64,000 bases of DNA from Candidatus Azobacteroides sp. (GCA_009787405.1 WRGA01000120.1:1165-65164); one strand, 5' to 3'; shown: positions 17,698 through 27,411, numbered from the stretch's first letter. Numbers and translations: made by a program. The notes: generated by a model from the letters alone, not told the origin.

Positions 17698-20600
17698 ATG
17701 GCAGTAAACAACAACATCAGGAAGGTGATCGTACTTGGTTCGGGTGCGTTAAAAATCGGACAAGCGGGTGAGTTTGATTATTCAGGCTCCCAAGCGTTGA
17801 AAGCATTGAAAGAAGAAGGCATTTCAACGGTGTTAATCAATCCCAATATTGCCACGATACAAACGTCGGAAGGCATTGCGGATCAAGTTTATTTTTTGCC
17901 GGTTACCCCTTATTTTGTTGAAGAAATCATTAAAAAAGAAAAGCCCGACGGTATTTTGTTGGCTTTCGGCGGACAAACGGCGTTGAATTGCGGTACGGAA
18001 ATGTATTTGAACGGCACATTGAAAAAATACGGCGTGGAAGTGCTGGGAACTTCCGTCGAGGCTGTCATGGCTACAGAAGACCGCGAATTGTTCGTGAAAA
18101 AATTGAACGAAATCAATGTAAAAACGCCGGTCAGTCAAGCCGTAGAAACCATGGAAGATGCGGTTGAAGCTGCCAAGCGCATCGGATTTCCGATCATGGT
18201 GCGTTCGGCGTATGCGTTGGGCGGGCTGGGAAGCGGCATCACCAAAAATTTGGATGAATTTAAAACGTTGTGCGAAAGTTCGTTTGCCTATTCCAAGCAA
18301 ATTTTGGTGGAAGAATCGTTGAAAGGCTGGAAAGAAATCGAATTTGAAGTCATCCGCGACAAAAACGACCATTGTTTTACGGTGGTTCCGATGGAGAATG
18401 TCGATCCGCTCGGCGTGCATACCGGCGAAAGTATTGTTGTCGCCCCGATTTGCTCGTTGTCGAAAGATCAAATCACGATATTGGAAGATTTGGCGAAGAA
18501 AATTGTCCGTCACATCGGTATTGTGGGTGAATGTAACATTCAGTATGCGTTCAATGCTCAAACCAACGATTATCGCGTAATCGAAATCAATGCCCGTCTC
18601 AGCCGCTCTTCGGCGCTGGCATCCAAAGCAAGCGGTTATCCGCTGGCGTTTGTTGCGGCTAAATTGGCGTTGGGCTATTCTTTAGATCAAATCGGAGAAA
18701 TGAATACGCGCAATTCCGCGTATGTAGCTCCTTCGGTCGATTACATGATCGTAAAAATTCCCCGCTGGGATTTGAATAAATTTGTCGGGGTATCCCGTCA
18801 AATCGGTACCGGCATGAAATCGGTCGGTGAAATCATGTCTATCGGAAAATCATTCGAAGAAATCATTCAAAAAGGTCTCCGGATGATCGGGCAGGGGATG
18901 CACGGATTTGTCGGAAATCATGAAATCGAATTTGACAATTTGGACGAAGAATTGGCCAATCCGACCGACTTGCGTATTTTTGCCGTTGCCAAAGCGTTTG
19001 AAAGAGGATATTCGCTTGAGAAAATACAGGATTTGACGAAAATAGATGCTTGGTTTTTGAGCAAATTGAAAAATATTTACGATTATTCGCTTGTTCTATC
19101 GAAATACAATATCATCGAAGAACTTCCACCGGATGTGTTGAGAGAAGCAAAACGCTTGGGATTCTCCGATTTCCAGATCTCGCGGTTTGTTGAAAATCCG
19201 TCCGGAAACGGTGAAAAAGAATCACTTCGTGTTCGTTCGATCCGGAAAAAAGGATCTATTTTACCTTCCGTAAAACGTATCACCACGGTGGCTTCCGACA
19301 ATCCGGATTTGACGAATTATCTGTACATGACATACGACGGTTCGGAACATGACATTCCGTTTTTCAAAAACGACAAATCGGTGGTGGTATTGGGTTCGGG
19401 TGCGTATCGCATCGGAAGTTCGGTGGAATTTGACTGGTGTTCGGTCAATGCCACGCAAACTGCACGTAAACTGGGTTATAAATCGATCATGATCAATTAC
19501 AATCCTGAAACGGTGTCCACCGATTACGACATGTGCGATCGCCTGTATTTCGATGAATTGTCGCTTGAACGGGTATTGGATGTATTGGATCTGGAAATGC
19601 CGAAAGGCGTGATCGTTTCGATGGGAGGACAAATTCCGAATAATCTGGCCATGCGCCTGCATCGTCAGGATGTACCTGTTTTGGGTACTTCTCCGGTATC
19701 GATCGACCGGGCAGAAAACCGTCATAAATTTTCGAGCATGCTCGATCAGTCGGGAATTGACCAACCGGCGTGGAAAGAACTTTCGAGTATGAAAGAAATC
19801 AACGAATTTGTCGAAAAAGTCGGTTATCCGGTACTGGTTCGTCCTTCATACGTCCTTTCGGGCGCCGCGATGAATGTGTGTTACAATGCCGAAGAGTTGG
19901 AAACGTTTCTTAAGCTGGCCGCAAAAGTGTCCAAAGAATTTCCGGTGGTGGTTTCCCAATTCCTGCAAAACGCCAAAGAAATCGAATTAGATGCGGTTGC
20001 CAAAAATGGCGACGTAGTGGAATATGCCATTTCCGAACATGTTGAATTTGCCGGCGTTCACTCAGGTGATGCCACGTTGGTTTTTCCGGCTCAAAAAATC
20101 TATTTCGAAACAGCACGCAGAATCAAAAAAATCGGTCGTCAAATCGCCGATGAATTAAACATCAGCGGACCGTTTAACATTCAGTTTTTAGCCAAAAACA
20201 ACGAAGTGAAAGTTATCGAATGCAACCTTCGCGCTTCACGCAGCTTCCCCTTCGTATCGAAAGTACTTAAACGTAATTTCATCGAAACGGCAACCCGCAT
20301 TATGTTGGATGCTCCGTATGAACAGCCTGACAAATCGGCATTCGACATCGACCGGATCGGCGTAAAAGCGTCGCAGTTTTCGTTCGGCCGTTTGCATAAT
20401 GCCGATCCGGTGCTTGGCGTGGACATGTCGTCGACCGGCGAAGTGGGATGCCTCGGCGACGATTTCAGCGAAGCTTTGTTGACGTCGATGATTGCCGTGG
20501 GATATAACATTCCGAAAAAAAGCATCATGGTTTCTTCGGGCGATACCAAATCAAAAGTCGATTTGCTCGATGCCTGTAAATTGTTGCAGGAAAACAATTA

Positions 20601-20919
20601 CGAAATTTATGCGACGGCGGGAACCAAAAAGTTTTTGAACGAAAACGGCGTGAATGCCAAAGTAGTGGGCTGGCCCGACGAAGAGACGGATCTCAATATC
20701 ATGAATATGATTGCCGGTCATCAATTCGATTTAATCGTGAACATTCCGAAAAATCATACCCGTCGGGAATTGACCAACGGATACAAAATCCGCCGCGGAG
20801 CCATCGATCACAATATTCCGCTCATCACGAACGCCCGATTGGCAAGTGCATTTATCGAAGCTTTTTGTTCTGTGAAGATTAAAGACATTCAGATTAAAAG
20901 TTGGCAGGAATATGTGTGA
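17698..20919 (+). CDS. carB: Carbamoyl-phosphate synthase large subunit
   Basis: 1073 aa. Duplicated ATP-grasp halves and a C-terminal MGS-like domain. N-terminus KVIVLGSGALKIGQAGEFDYSGSQA is typical. Confidence 0.95.
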   Translation: MAVNNNIRKVIVLGSGALKIGQAGEFDYSGSQALKALKEEGISTVLINPNIATIQTSEGIADQVYFLPVTPYFVEEIIKKEKPDGILLAFGGQTALNCGTEMYLNGTLKKYGVEVLGTSVEAVMATEDRELFVKKLNEINVKTPVSQAVETMEDAVEAAKRIGFPIMVRSAYALGGLGSGITKNLDEFKTLCESSFAYSKQILVEESLKGWKEIEFEVIRDKNDHCFTVVPMENVDPLGVHTGESIVVAPICSLSKDQITILEDLAKKIVRHIGIVGECNIQYAFNAQTNDYRVIEINARLSRSSALASKASGYPLAFVAAKLALGYSLDQIGEMNTRNSAYVAPSVDYMIVKIPRWDLNKFVGVSRQIGTGMKSVGEIMSIGKSFEEIIQKGLRMIGQGMHGFVGNHEIEFDNLDEELANPTDLRIFAVAKAFERGYSLEKIQDLTKIDAWFLSKLKNIYDYSLVLSKYNIIEELPPDVLREAKRLGFSDFQISRFVENPSGNGEKESLRVRSIRKKGSILPSVKRITTVASDNPDLTNYLYMTYDGSEHDIPFFKNDKSVVVLGSGAYRIGSSVEFDWCSVNATQTARKLGYKSIMINYNPETVSTDYDMCDRLYFDELSLERVLDVLDLEMPKGVIVSMGGQIPNNLAMRLHRQDVPVLGTSPVSIDRAENRHKFSSMLDQSGIDQPAWKELSSMKEINEFVEKVGYPVLVRPSYVLSGAAMNVCYNAEELETFLKLAAKVSKEFPVVVSQFLQNAKEIELDAVAKNGDVVEYAISEHVEFAGVHSGDATLVFPAQKIYFETARRIKKIGRQIADELNISGPFNIQFLAKNNEVKVIECNLRASRSFPFVSKVLKRNFIETATRIMLDAPYEQPDKSAFDIDRIGVKASQFSFGRLHNADPVLGVDMSSTGEVGCLGDDFSEALLTSMIAVGYNIPKKSIMVSSGDTKSKVDLLDACKLLQENNYEIYATAGTKKFLNENGVNAKVVGWPDEETDLNIMNMIAGHQFDLIVNIPKNHTRRELTNGYKIRRGAIDHNIPLITNARLASAFIEAFCSVKIKDIQIKSWQEYV

Positions 20920-21027
20920 GATTATGGCGGATACCCATCATGATATAACGGTTCGGATAAGGAAAAGATTTTTTTGATATTAAGGACTGATTTCATGCTT
21001 TATATCCCACTGATTCGTATGGTTTTG

Positions 21028-21060
21028 TAATCGGTGCGTAATCATCATATGCACCGATTA
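21028..21060. terminator. Perfect 10-bp hairpin downstream of carB
   Basis: taatcggtgc ... gcaccgatta with a 13-nt loop. The T-tract is weak, so terminator function is uncertain. Confidence 0.3.
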
Positions 21061-21235
21061 TAAAATTGCCGCAGGCGGGTGGCGGAAAATTTTTCTGTTG
21101 AAAGTCGGCCCCGCCTGTGGCAAAACCGTTAGTTGTTATAGCCGGTATTATTTTTCGAAATCCCAAGATAAAACCTCAACACCTCTTTCGCTAACCTTAT
21201 ATTTTCCGGCTGACGTTTTAGAAATGCTTGCTTTT

Positions 21236-21544
21236 ACCCTATCCCCGTATAGGAGGGTATGAAAAATATTTCAAATATTCGTTCTTTTTTGTCCCGCCGG
21301 GGATGTTATATCGGTAGAAAAACACCATCCTTTCGCCTTCTGTCCCGCCGGGGACAAAATGTTTTCCTTCCCGCATTACGTCCCTGACGAGACTTTGGCC
21401 ACCGGAGAAATTCTCCTTTCTACCAATATGTTGTCCCCGGCGGGACGAAAAACAACATTTTTTAGAACATAATTTTAAAAAAACGAATATTACATTTTTA
21501 TACCCCACCTGCCGGGAGAGCCGGGCATAACATCCGATAATCAT
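21236..21544. repeat. Foldback MITE-like element, family 1, copy C (left terminus truncated)
   Basis: The right end ...gagagccgggcataacatccgataatcat matches the copy A terminus. The left end stops at ggggatag-equivalent sequence and lacks the terminal repeat. Confidence 0.85.
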
Positions 21545-21640
21545 TTAAGATTTTTATCTTACTATATCAACCTTTTACAAAACTTCCGAATATGACCGGA
21601 ACAACTTCTTTGCCGGTCAAGTTTTACCGGCCGGCCGGAT

Positions 21641-23968
21641 TCAATACAACACTTTGACGGTTCGATTTCCGGATTTCACGATATATATGCCGCGAACCGG
21701 CAGACTGACTTCCGTTTTATCGCCTTTGGCAATATCCCGGTGAATGCAGATGCCGGAAATGTTATATACATTCCACATTTCCCCTGCAACGAGACCGCTG
21801 ACGTGCAATGTTCCGTTTTGGACGTATGCTTCCAATCCGGTTGCCTGCGGAGTGTTGATGCCGCTCGCATAAGCTGCCGTGATGATGCCCGTTCCTTCGA
21901 TTATCACGCTGCTTTCACCGCTTTCGAGAGCCACCGAAAAAGTAAACGAGCCGTTTGTTCCTGCCGAAGCCGGCATCATGCCGGTGACGGTAATATCATC
22001 CGCCGTTACCGTAAGACCTGTCTTATACCTAATCAGATTGTTGATATAGTCGACAAGCCGGGCTTTCACGGCATCTTCGGTGTTTGCAATCACTTCGGCT
22101 ACCGTATAGCTTACATTTTCCATCAAATCTGCGGCGGCATCCACTGCCTCTTGATTCGTCAGATACGTCAGATTCAGCGTACCTTGCAGTAATTTGCCGG
22201 TTAACCCGGTGGGCGAGGTGAAGGCGGAAGAGAGTGCATCGGCGCTGTTACTTGTCAGCACGCCGGCAATATACGACAAGGCGGGGTCATCAAACGTAAC
22301 GCCGGCGTCGAACGGAATACCGTTGGCGGTGTAAGTATCGGCACTGCCCGTCAGACTGAGATTGACCTGCTGATTATAGCCGAAGAACGACCACCCTACT
22401 AAACCGGAAAGCTCCGACAAATCTAACGTGGTCAGACTGTTGCCGTCGCAGGCAAGCCACCACAAATTGATAAGTCCCGACAAATCTAACGCAGTCAGAC
22501 CGTTGTTGTAGCAGTTAAGAGCTTGCAAATTGATAAGTCCCGACAAATCTAATGCAGTCAGACCATTGTTGCTACAAGAAAGATCTCGCAAATTGGTAAG
22601 TTCCGACACGTCCAACGCTGTCAAACTGTTGCCCTCGCAAGCAAGACTTTGCAACCCGATAAGCCCCGACAAATCTAACGCAGTCAGATCATTGTTGCTA
22701 CAAGAAAGATCTCGCAAATTGGTAAGTTCCGACAAATCTAACGCAGTCAGACCGTTGTTGTAGCAGTTAAGAGCTTGCAAATTGATAAGCTCCGACACGT
22801 CAAGTGTGCCGGTCAGTGATTGACTTGAAATATCTAAATCGGTAATGCGCTTGTCGATTCCATCATTCGACCAAACAGTAACACCTATCCATTCGCTCGG
22901 AAGGGAACTGCCGTCGGCAGGGGCTTTCGTCAATTGCAGACCATTGTTGTCGATGATAGCATTGATAACGGCAATGTCGCCGGGATGGTAGATTCCCGGA
23001 GCGCCTTGATAGCCCAAGCTCAACGTACCTTCCAGTAATCTACCTGTCAAACCGGTGGGTATTGAGAAAGAAGAAGTGTTTGGCGTATATGTACTTCTCA
23101 GTACCCCGCCGCTGTAAGACAAGGCAGGATCGCCAAACGTAACGCCGGTGCCGAACGTAACATCAGCGGTGTAGATGCCGGCGTTGCCTGTCAGGATGAG
23201 ATTAATCCGCTGATTACTACCGTCGAAATGTAAATTATCGGGAAGTCCCGACAAATCCACCGCAGTCAAATTGTTACTGAAGCATTCAAGACTTTGCAAT
23301 CCGGTAAGCCCCGATACATTCAATGTAGTCAGACTATTGTTGTTACAGTAAAGACCTCGCAAATTGGAAAGCCCCGATGCATCCAACGCAGTCAGATTGT
23401 TGAAGGGGCAACCAAGATATTGCAAACCGGTACACCCCGACACGTCCAACGCAGTCAGATTGTTGTTGCTACAGTAAAGATCTCGCAAATCGGAAAGCCT
23501 CGAAACATCTAACGCAGTCAGACTGTTGACCCAGCACCAAAGAGTTTGCAGAGCGGTAAGCCCTGAAACATTCATTGCAATCAGACTGTTTTCACCACAC
23601 TTAAGAGTTTGCAAATTGGTAAGCCCTGACACGTCAAGTGCGCCGGTCAGCGATTGACTTGAAATATCCAAGCCGGTAATGCGCTTGGTTCCATCATTTG
23701 ACCAAGTGACACCTGTCCAGTCACTCGGAACGGAACCGCCGTCGGTAGGGGCTTTTGTCCATTGCAGTCCGTTGTTGTCGATGATGGCGTTGATAACGGC
23801 TATGTCGCCGGGATGGTAGGTCTGCGCAAAGGCAGAGGTTACGGCGAAAGGCGCCCATACAAAAGCGAGAAGGGCAACCGACGCCCTGCCGGAAAATCGT
23901 TTGCCCGTGCCATGCGCTGCAAACACGGCTGCCAAAGCAGCGATAAAAGAAAGACCGGTTGTTTTCAT
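21641..23968 (-). CDS. Leucine-rich-repeat surface protein with a T9SS C-terminal sorting domain
   Basis: Signal peptide. Two tandem modules, each opening YHPGDIAVINAIIDNNGLQ.TKAP and followed by 22-23-aa LRRs (L..L.C..N.LTALDVSGL). C-terminal VRGIYIVKSGNRTVKVLY is a T9SS-like tail. Confidence 0.85.
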   Translation of the reverse strand: MKTTGLSFIAALAAVFAAHGTGKRFSGRASVALLAFVWAPFAVTSAFAQTYHPGDIAVINAIIDNNGLQWTKAPTDGGSVPSDWTGVTWSNDGTKRITGLDISSQSLTGALDVSGLTNLQTLKCGENSLIAMNVSGLTALQTLWCWVNSLTALDVSRLSDLRDLYCSNNNLTALDVSGCTGLQYLGCPFNNLTALDASGLSNLRGLYCNNNSLTTLNVSGLTGLQSLECFSNNLTAVDLSGLPDNLHFDGSNQRINLILTGNAGIYTADVTFGTGVTFGDPALSYSGGVLRSTYTPNTSSFSIPTGLTGRLLEGTLSLGYQGAPGIYHPGDIAVINAIIDNNGLQLTKAPADGSSLPSEWIGVTVWSNDGIDKRITDLDISSQSLTGTLDVSELINLQALNCYNNGLTALDLSELTNLRDLSCSNNDLTALDLSGLIGLQSLACEGNSLTALDVSELTNLRDLSCSNNGLTALDLSGLINLQALNCYNNGLTALDLSGLINLWWLACDGNSLTTLDLSELSGLVGWSFFGYNQQVNLSLTGSADTYTANGIPFDAGVTFDDPALSYIAGVLTSNSADALSSAFTSPTGLTGKLLQGTLNLTYLTNQEAVDAAADLMENVSYTVAEVIANTEDAVKARLVDYINNLIRYKTGLTVTADDITVTGMMPASAGTNGSFTFSVALESGESSVIIEGTGIITAAYASGINTPQATGLEAYVQNGTLHVSGLVAGEMWNVYNISGICIHRDIAKGDKTEVSLPVRGIYIVKSGNRTVKVLY

Positions 23969-24394
23969 TGTTGAATCAGTATTAAATTAGTACTCATAAA
24001 AATTGCAGATTTACGGAAATAGGTACCGCCGGGTACAACGTAATAAAAAAGAAGAGGCGTGGGAACTCTGTCTTAATTTTTTATTCGTTTCGAGGTATCG
24101 CCAAACACCTGCAACTCAAATAACAATAGACAAGCCCACGCCTTATTGAATACTTATGGATAAGTAAAACAAATAAAGGTGAGCGTTTAGTCGTCTACCA
24201 TTCTTGAGCTGCTTGAAAATTGGCGATTTTCGAAACAAGAATAATATATTAAAAAACGCTCTTCGTAAATAAAAGCGTCCCTTTTTTATGGTTCAAAAAG
24301 GAACGTCGTAAAAGTAGTAAAAGAATTAAAAAAGTATGACAAAAAAGTAAGAAATTTCACGATTACACAAAAAATGTTTTTCCGGTACAGTATA

Positions 24395-24690
24395 AGCAGT
24401 ATTTTTTATCAAATCCTCGGAGGCAGACACTGCTTCACGGTTCATCCGGTAAGTCAGGTATAGCGTGCCTTCCGGCCGGTTGTTTGTCTAAACCGGCGGA
24501 TGATGAGCAAGAGGAAACAGCCGGCGTATTGTCAGTGATTTTCAGTACGCCGTCACTGTAAGACAAGGTGGAAATGCCAAATATAACATCGGCCCGGCAA
24601 ACACGGCCAAAGCAGCGATAAAAAAAGACCGGTTATTTTCATTGTTGGATTCGTATTAAATTAGTATTCATGAAAATTGCAGATATACAA
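24395..24690 (-). pseudogene. Collapsed, frameshifted remnant of a paralogue of the adjacent LRR gene, including its 5' leader
   Basis: 24600-24690 matches 23925-24012 (signal-peptide codons plus upstream leader). 24440-24600 resembles the region around 22170-22300. The reading frame breaks after about 30 codons. Confidence 0.7.
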
Positions 24691-24895
24691 AAAATTTCTT
24701 TTCAAACTCTTAAAAAATATTTTTTGTCAAAAAGAAGAGTATAAACAGGTAATGATATAGAAACGAGCAAACTGCTTTTGCTTGCTGTGTTCTTCCATTG
24801 TTCCAAATAACTTGTGACAAAGGTGAATTATTCCGGAAATTAACAAGATATGCCTTATGTATTAAGAAAAACCGGAAAAATTAAATGCTTTGCAT

Positions 24896-24903
24896 TATCT
24901 TTG
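24896..24903 (+). promoter_or_regulatory. Bacteroidetes -7 promoter box (TAnnTTTG)
   Basis: tatctttg, 29 nt upstream of ATG 24932. Confidence 0.45.
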
Positions 24904-24931
24904 TGTCAATTTTCAAAAAATTTGCCGGCTT

Positions 24932-25342
24932 ATGGAAATTTTTAAATTGGACGGAGAAGACCAGCGGCTTTATTATCTGGTGGCACACTTGGTAATGAAT
25001 GAAGAAGTGCTGAATTATAATCTCCACTATCCTTATAAAACTTCTCCGGAATACAAATGGTTTATTGCCGCAGACAAGGAAAATACACTTGGTTTTATTC
25101 CGGTAAAATTAAAAGAAGGGAAAGCTACAATTAACAATTATTATGTGGCGGATGATGATACAAAAATTTTTTCCTTACTTTTAAAAGAGATCATCCGAGA
25201 GTTTCTGCCGGATTTTGAAATTGAATCGGTCACTCAAATACAGCATGTTCCATATTTTGAGCAAAATGGTTTCTCGATTACTCTTTACTGGAAAAAATAT
25301 GTAAAAATGAAAATACTCCGGAATGAAGAAAAATGTCTATGA
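24932..25342 (+). CDS. Small GNAT-like (acyl-CoA N-acyltransferase fold) protein, hypothetical
   Basis: 136 aa from the first ATG (the track start 24890 is TTG). The pattern FIPVKLKEGKATINNYYV...LLLKEII...FEQNGF resembles a minimal GNAT core. Overlaps the next gene by 20 nt. Confidence 0.4.
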   Translation: MEIFKLDGEDQRLYYLVAHLVMNEEVLNYNLHYPYKTSPEYKWFIAADKENTLGFIPVKLKEGKATINNYYVADDDTKIFSLLLKEIIREFLPDFEIESVTQIQHVPYFEQNGFSITLYWKKYVKMKILRNEEKCL

Positions 25343-26606
25343 ATTGGCAATGAAACGGATAGAGATCATTTTCAACGAGTTTGACAATGTCTACATATCC
25401 TTTTCCGGCGGTAAAGACAGCAGTGTAATGCTGAACCTTTGCATACAATACATAAGAAATAATAACCCGGAAAGAAAAATCGGCGTTTTTCATTTGGATT
25501 ACGAGGTGCAATACAACGAAACCGTTCAATATGTTGACCGTGTATTTCAAATGAATCCCGACATCATTGAAGTGTATCGCATCTGTGTGCCTTTCAAAGT
25601 AAGCACTTGTACTTCAATGTACCAAACATTTTGGCGGCCATGGGACGAGGCATGCAAAAATTTTTGGGTACGCGAGCTTCCTCCCGGCAGTTATACAAAA
25701 GAAGATTTTCCTTTTTATACCGAGGATATGTGGGATTATGATTTTCAAATCCTTTTTTCCCAATGGTATCACCGGTTGAAAAAAGCGAAAAAAACCTGTT
25801 GTCTGGTAGGCATACGGACACAGGAAAGCCTTCATCGCTGGCAAACAGTGCACAGCAACAAAAGATGTAACATGTATCGCTATTTAAAATGGACGCGAAA
25901 GCTATCCGACAATGTTTATAATGCGTATGTAATTTACGATTGGCTCACAACAGATATTTGGGTGGCGAATGCTCGTTTCGTATGGGATTATAACCGCTTA
26001 TATGATCTTTATTACAAAGCAGGCGTTCCGTTGGATAAGCAACGTGTGGCCAGTCCGTTTATATCGGAAGCGCAGGAAAGTTTATTGCTCTATCGCGCGA
26101 TCGACCCTGATATGTGGGGAAAAATGATATGCCGGGTGAATGGAGTGAACTTTACGGCAATTTACGGAAATACAAGCGTCGTTGCCCGAAAGAAGGTCAG
26201 GCTCCCGCCGGAGCACACGTGGGAAAGTTATATGCATTTCCTTTTATCTACTCTGCCGGAATCAACTCGTTTGAACTATTTGCAAAAATTATCCGTAAGC
26301 ATCAATTTCTGGCGCAATAAAGGAGGGTGCCTGTCTGAAGAAACGATTGAAAAGCTGCGTGCTTGCGGTATTGAGATTGAAGTATTAAATCATTCAAACT
26401 ATAAAACGGCTAAGCGTCCGGTTAAAATGGAATATCAGGATGATATAGATCTTCCGGACTTTAAAGACCTCCCGACTTTCAAAAGAATGTGTATCTGTAT
26501 TCTTAAAAATGATCATTTATGCAAGTATATGGGATTTGCCATGACAAAAAAAGAAATTGAGAATAGAAAACGAATCATGGATTTTTACCGGAATGTATAT
26601 AAATGA
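25323..26606 (+). CDS. PP-loop ATP-pyrophosphatase / PAPS-reductase-family protein with a long C-terminal extension (IbrA-like, DUF3440-type)
   Basis: SFSGGKDSSVML PP-loop, VGIRTQES, YDWLTTDIW, and a C-terminal YNRLYDLYYKAGVPLDKQRVASPF region as in IbrA-type proteins. Confidence 0.75.
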   Translation: MKKNVYELAMKRIEIIFNEFDNVYISFSGGKDSSVMLNLCIQYIRNNNPERKIGVFHLDYEVQYNETVQYVDRVFQMNPDIIEVYRICVPFKVSTCTSMYQTFWRPWDEACKNFWVRELPPGSYTKEDFPFYTEDMWDYDFQILFSQWYHRLKKAKKTCCLVGIRTQESLHRWQTVHSNKRCNMYRYLKWTRKLSDNVYNAYVIYDWLTTDIWVANARFVWDYNRLYDLYYKAGVPLDKQRVASPFISEAQESLLLYRAIDPDMWGKMICRVNGVNFTAIYGNTSVVARKKVRLPPEHTWESYMHFLLSTLPESTRLNYLQKLSVSINFWRNKGGCLSEETIEKLRACGIEIEVLNHSNYKTAKRPVKMEYQDDIDLPDFKDLPTFKRMCICILKNDHLCKYMGFAMTKKEIENRKRIMDFYRNVYK

Positions 26607-27115
26607 ACCGTACAGAACCGCACACAAGTCCTGTTTATAATATAAGGGCAATACCGGTAGAAAAAATACGGGCGAACGCATATAACCCGAATGTTGTAGC
26701 ACCCCCCGAACTTAAACTGCTGGAACTGTCGATTTGGGAGGATGGTTATACGATGCCCTGCGTTTGTTATTATCTCCCCGAAGAGGATGTATATGAACTT
26801 GTTGACGGATTTCACCGGTATTTGGTTATGAAAACATCGGTGCGTATTTATGAACGGGAAAAAGGGTTATTGCCCGTAACGTTGATAGATAAAGACCTGT
26901 CGAACCGTATGGCCTCAACCATCAGGCACAATCGCGCTCGCGGAACCCACAGCATCGAACTGATGACTAACATTGTAGCCGAACTCAAAAAGGCGGGAAT
27001 GAGCGATGAGTGGGTCATAAAAAATATCGGCATGGATAAAGATGAATTACTCCGATTCAAACAAATTTCGGGCTTGGCGGAATTATTTGCCGATAAAGAT
27101 TTCAGCATACCGTAA
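26603..27115 (+). CDS. ParB/Srx-like N-terminal domain protein (IbrB-like)
   Basis: IRANAYNPNVV...LLELSIWEDGYTMP...VDGFHRY...IRHNRARG. ATGA overlap with the preceding gene. Confidence 0.7.
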   Translation: MNRTEPHTSPVYNIRAIPVEKIRANAYNPNVVAPPELKLLELSIWEDGYTMPCVCYYLPEEDVYELVDGFHRYLVMKTSVRIYEREKGLLPVTLIDKDLSNRMASTIRHNRARGTHSIELMTNIVAELKKAGMSDEWVIKNIGMDKDELLRFKQISGLAELFADKDFSIP

Positions 27116-27128
27116 ATCAGTAACATTT

Positions 27129-27390
27129 ATCAAATCTTTTTAATAATTCTGTCCCGTCAGGACAAGAGGCTCGCACAGATTTCACGGATTTCACGGATTT
27201 TTTATATAAAGTCCAATTAAAATTTTCAATTAACAAACATCTAATCTGTTTATATACAGAAAATAAGGACTTTGTAAATTGTATTTTTTAACTGTCATTT
27301 ATATAATGGACGTTTTTCAAAATCCGTGTAATCTGTGAAATCTGTGCGAAAATAACGAGAATGTCTATATTATTCCGGATTCTTTAAAAT
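27129..27390. repeat. Long-hairpin repeat, family 2, copy 1 (with about 115-nt loop)
   Basis: tcgcacagatttcacggatttcacggatttt (27171-27201) pairs with aaaatccgtgtaatctgtgaaatctgtgcga (about 27318-27349). Shared leader atcaaatctttttaataattct and tail aaataacgagaatgtctatattattccggattctttaaaat. Confidence 0.85.
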
Positions 27391-27411
27391 ATATCTCGCA
27401 TCAAGTCCAAT

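Noticed and set aside
17833-18561. 242-aa minus ORF, plus 19261..19764 and 20181..20597, inside carB
   Set aside because: These are antisense shadows within a 1073-aa gene with clear CarB identity.
22530-23512. + strand ORFs 22530..22763 and 23294..23512 with repetitive peptides (SPDKSNAVRPLLLQERSRKLVSSD...)
   Set aside because: These are antisense translations of the LRR repeats of the minus-strand gene.
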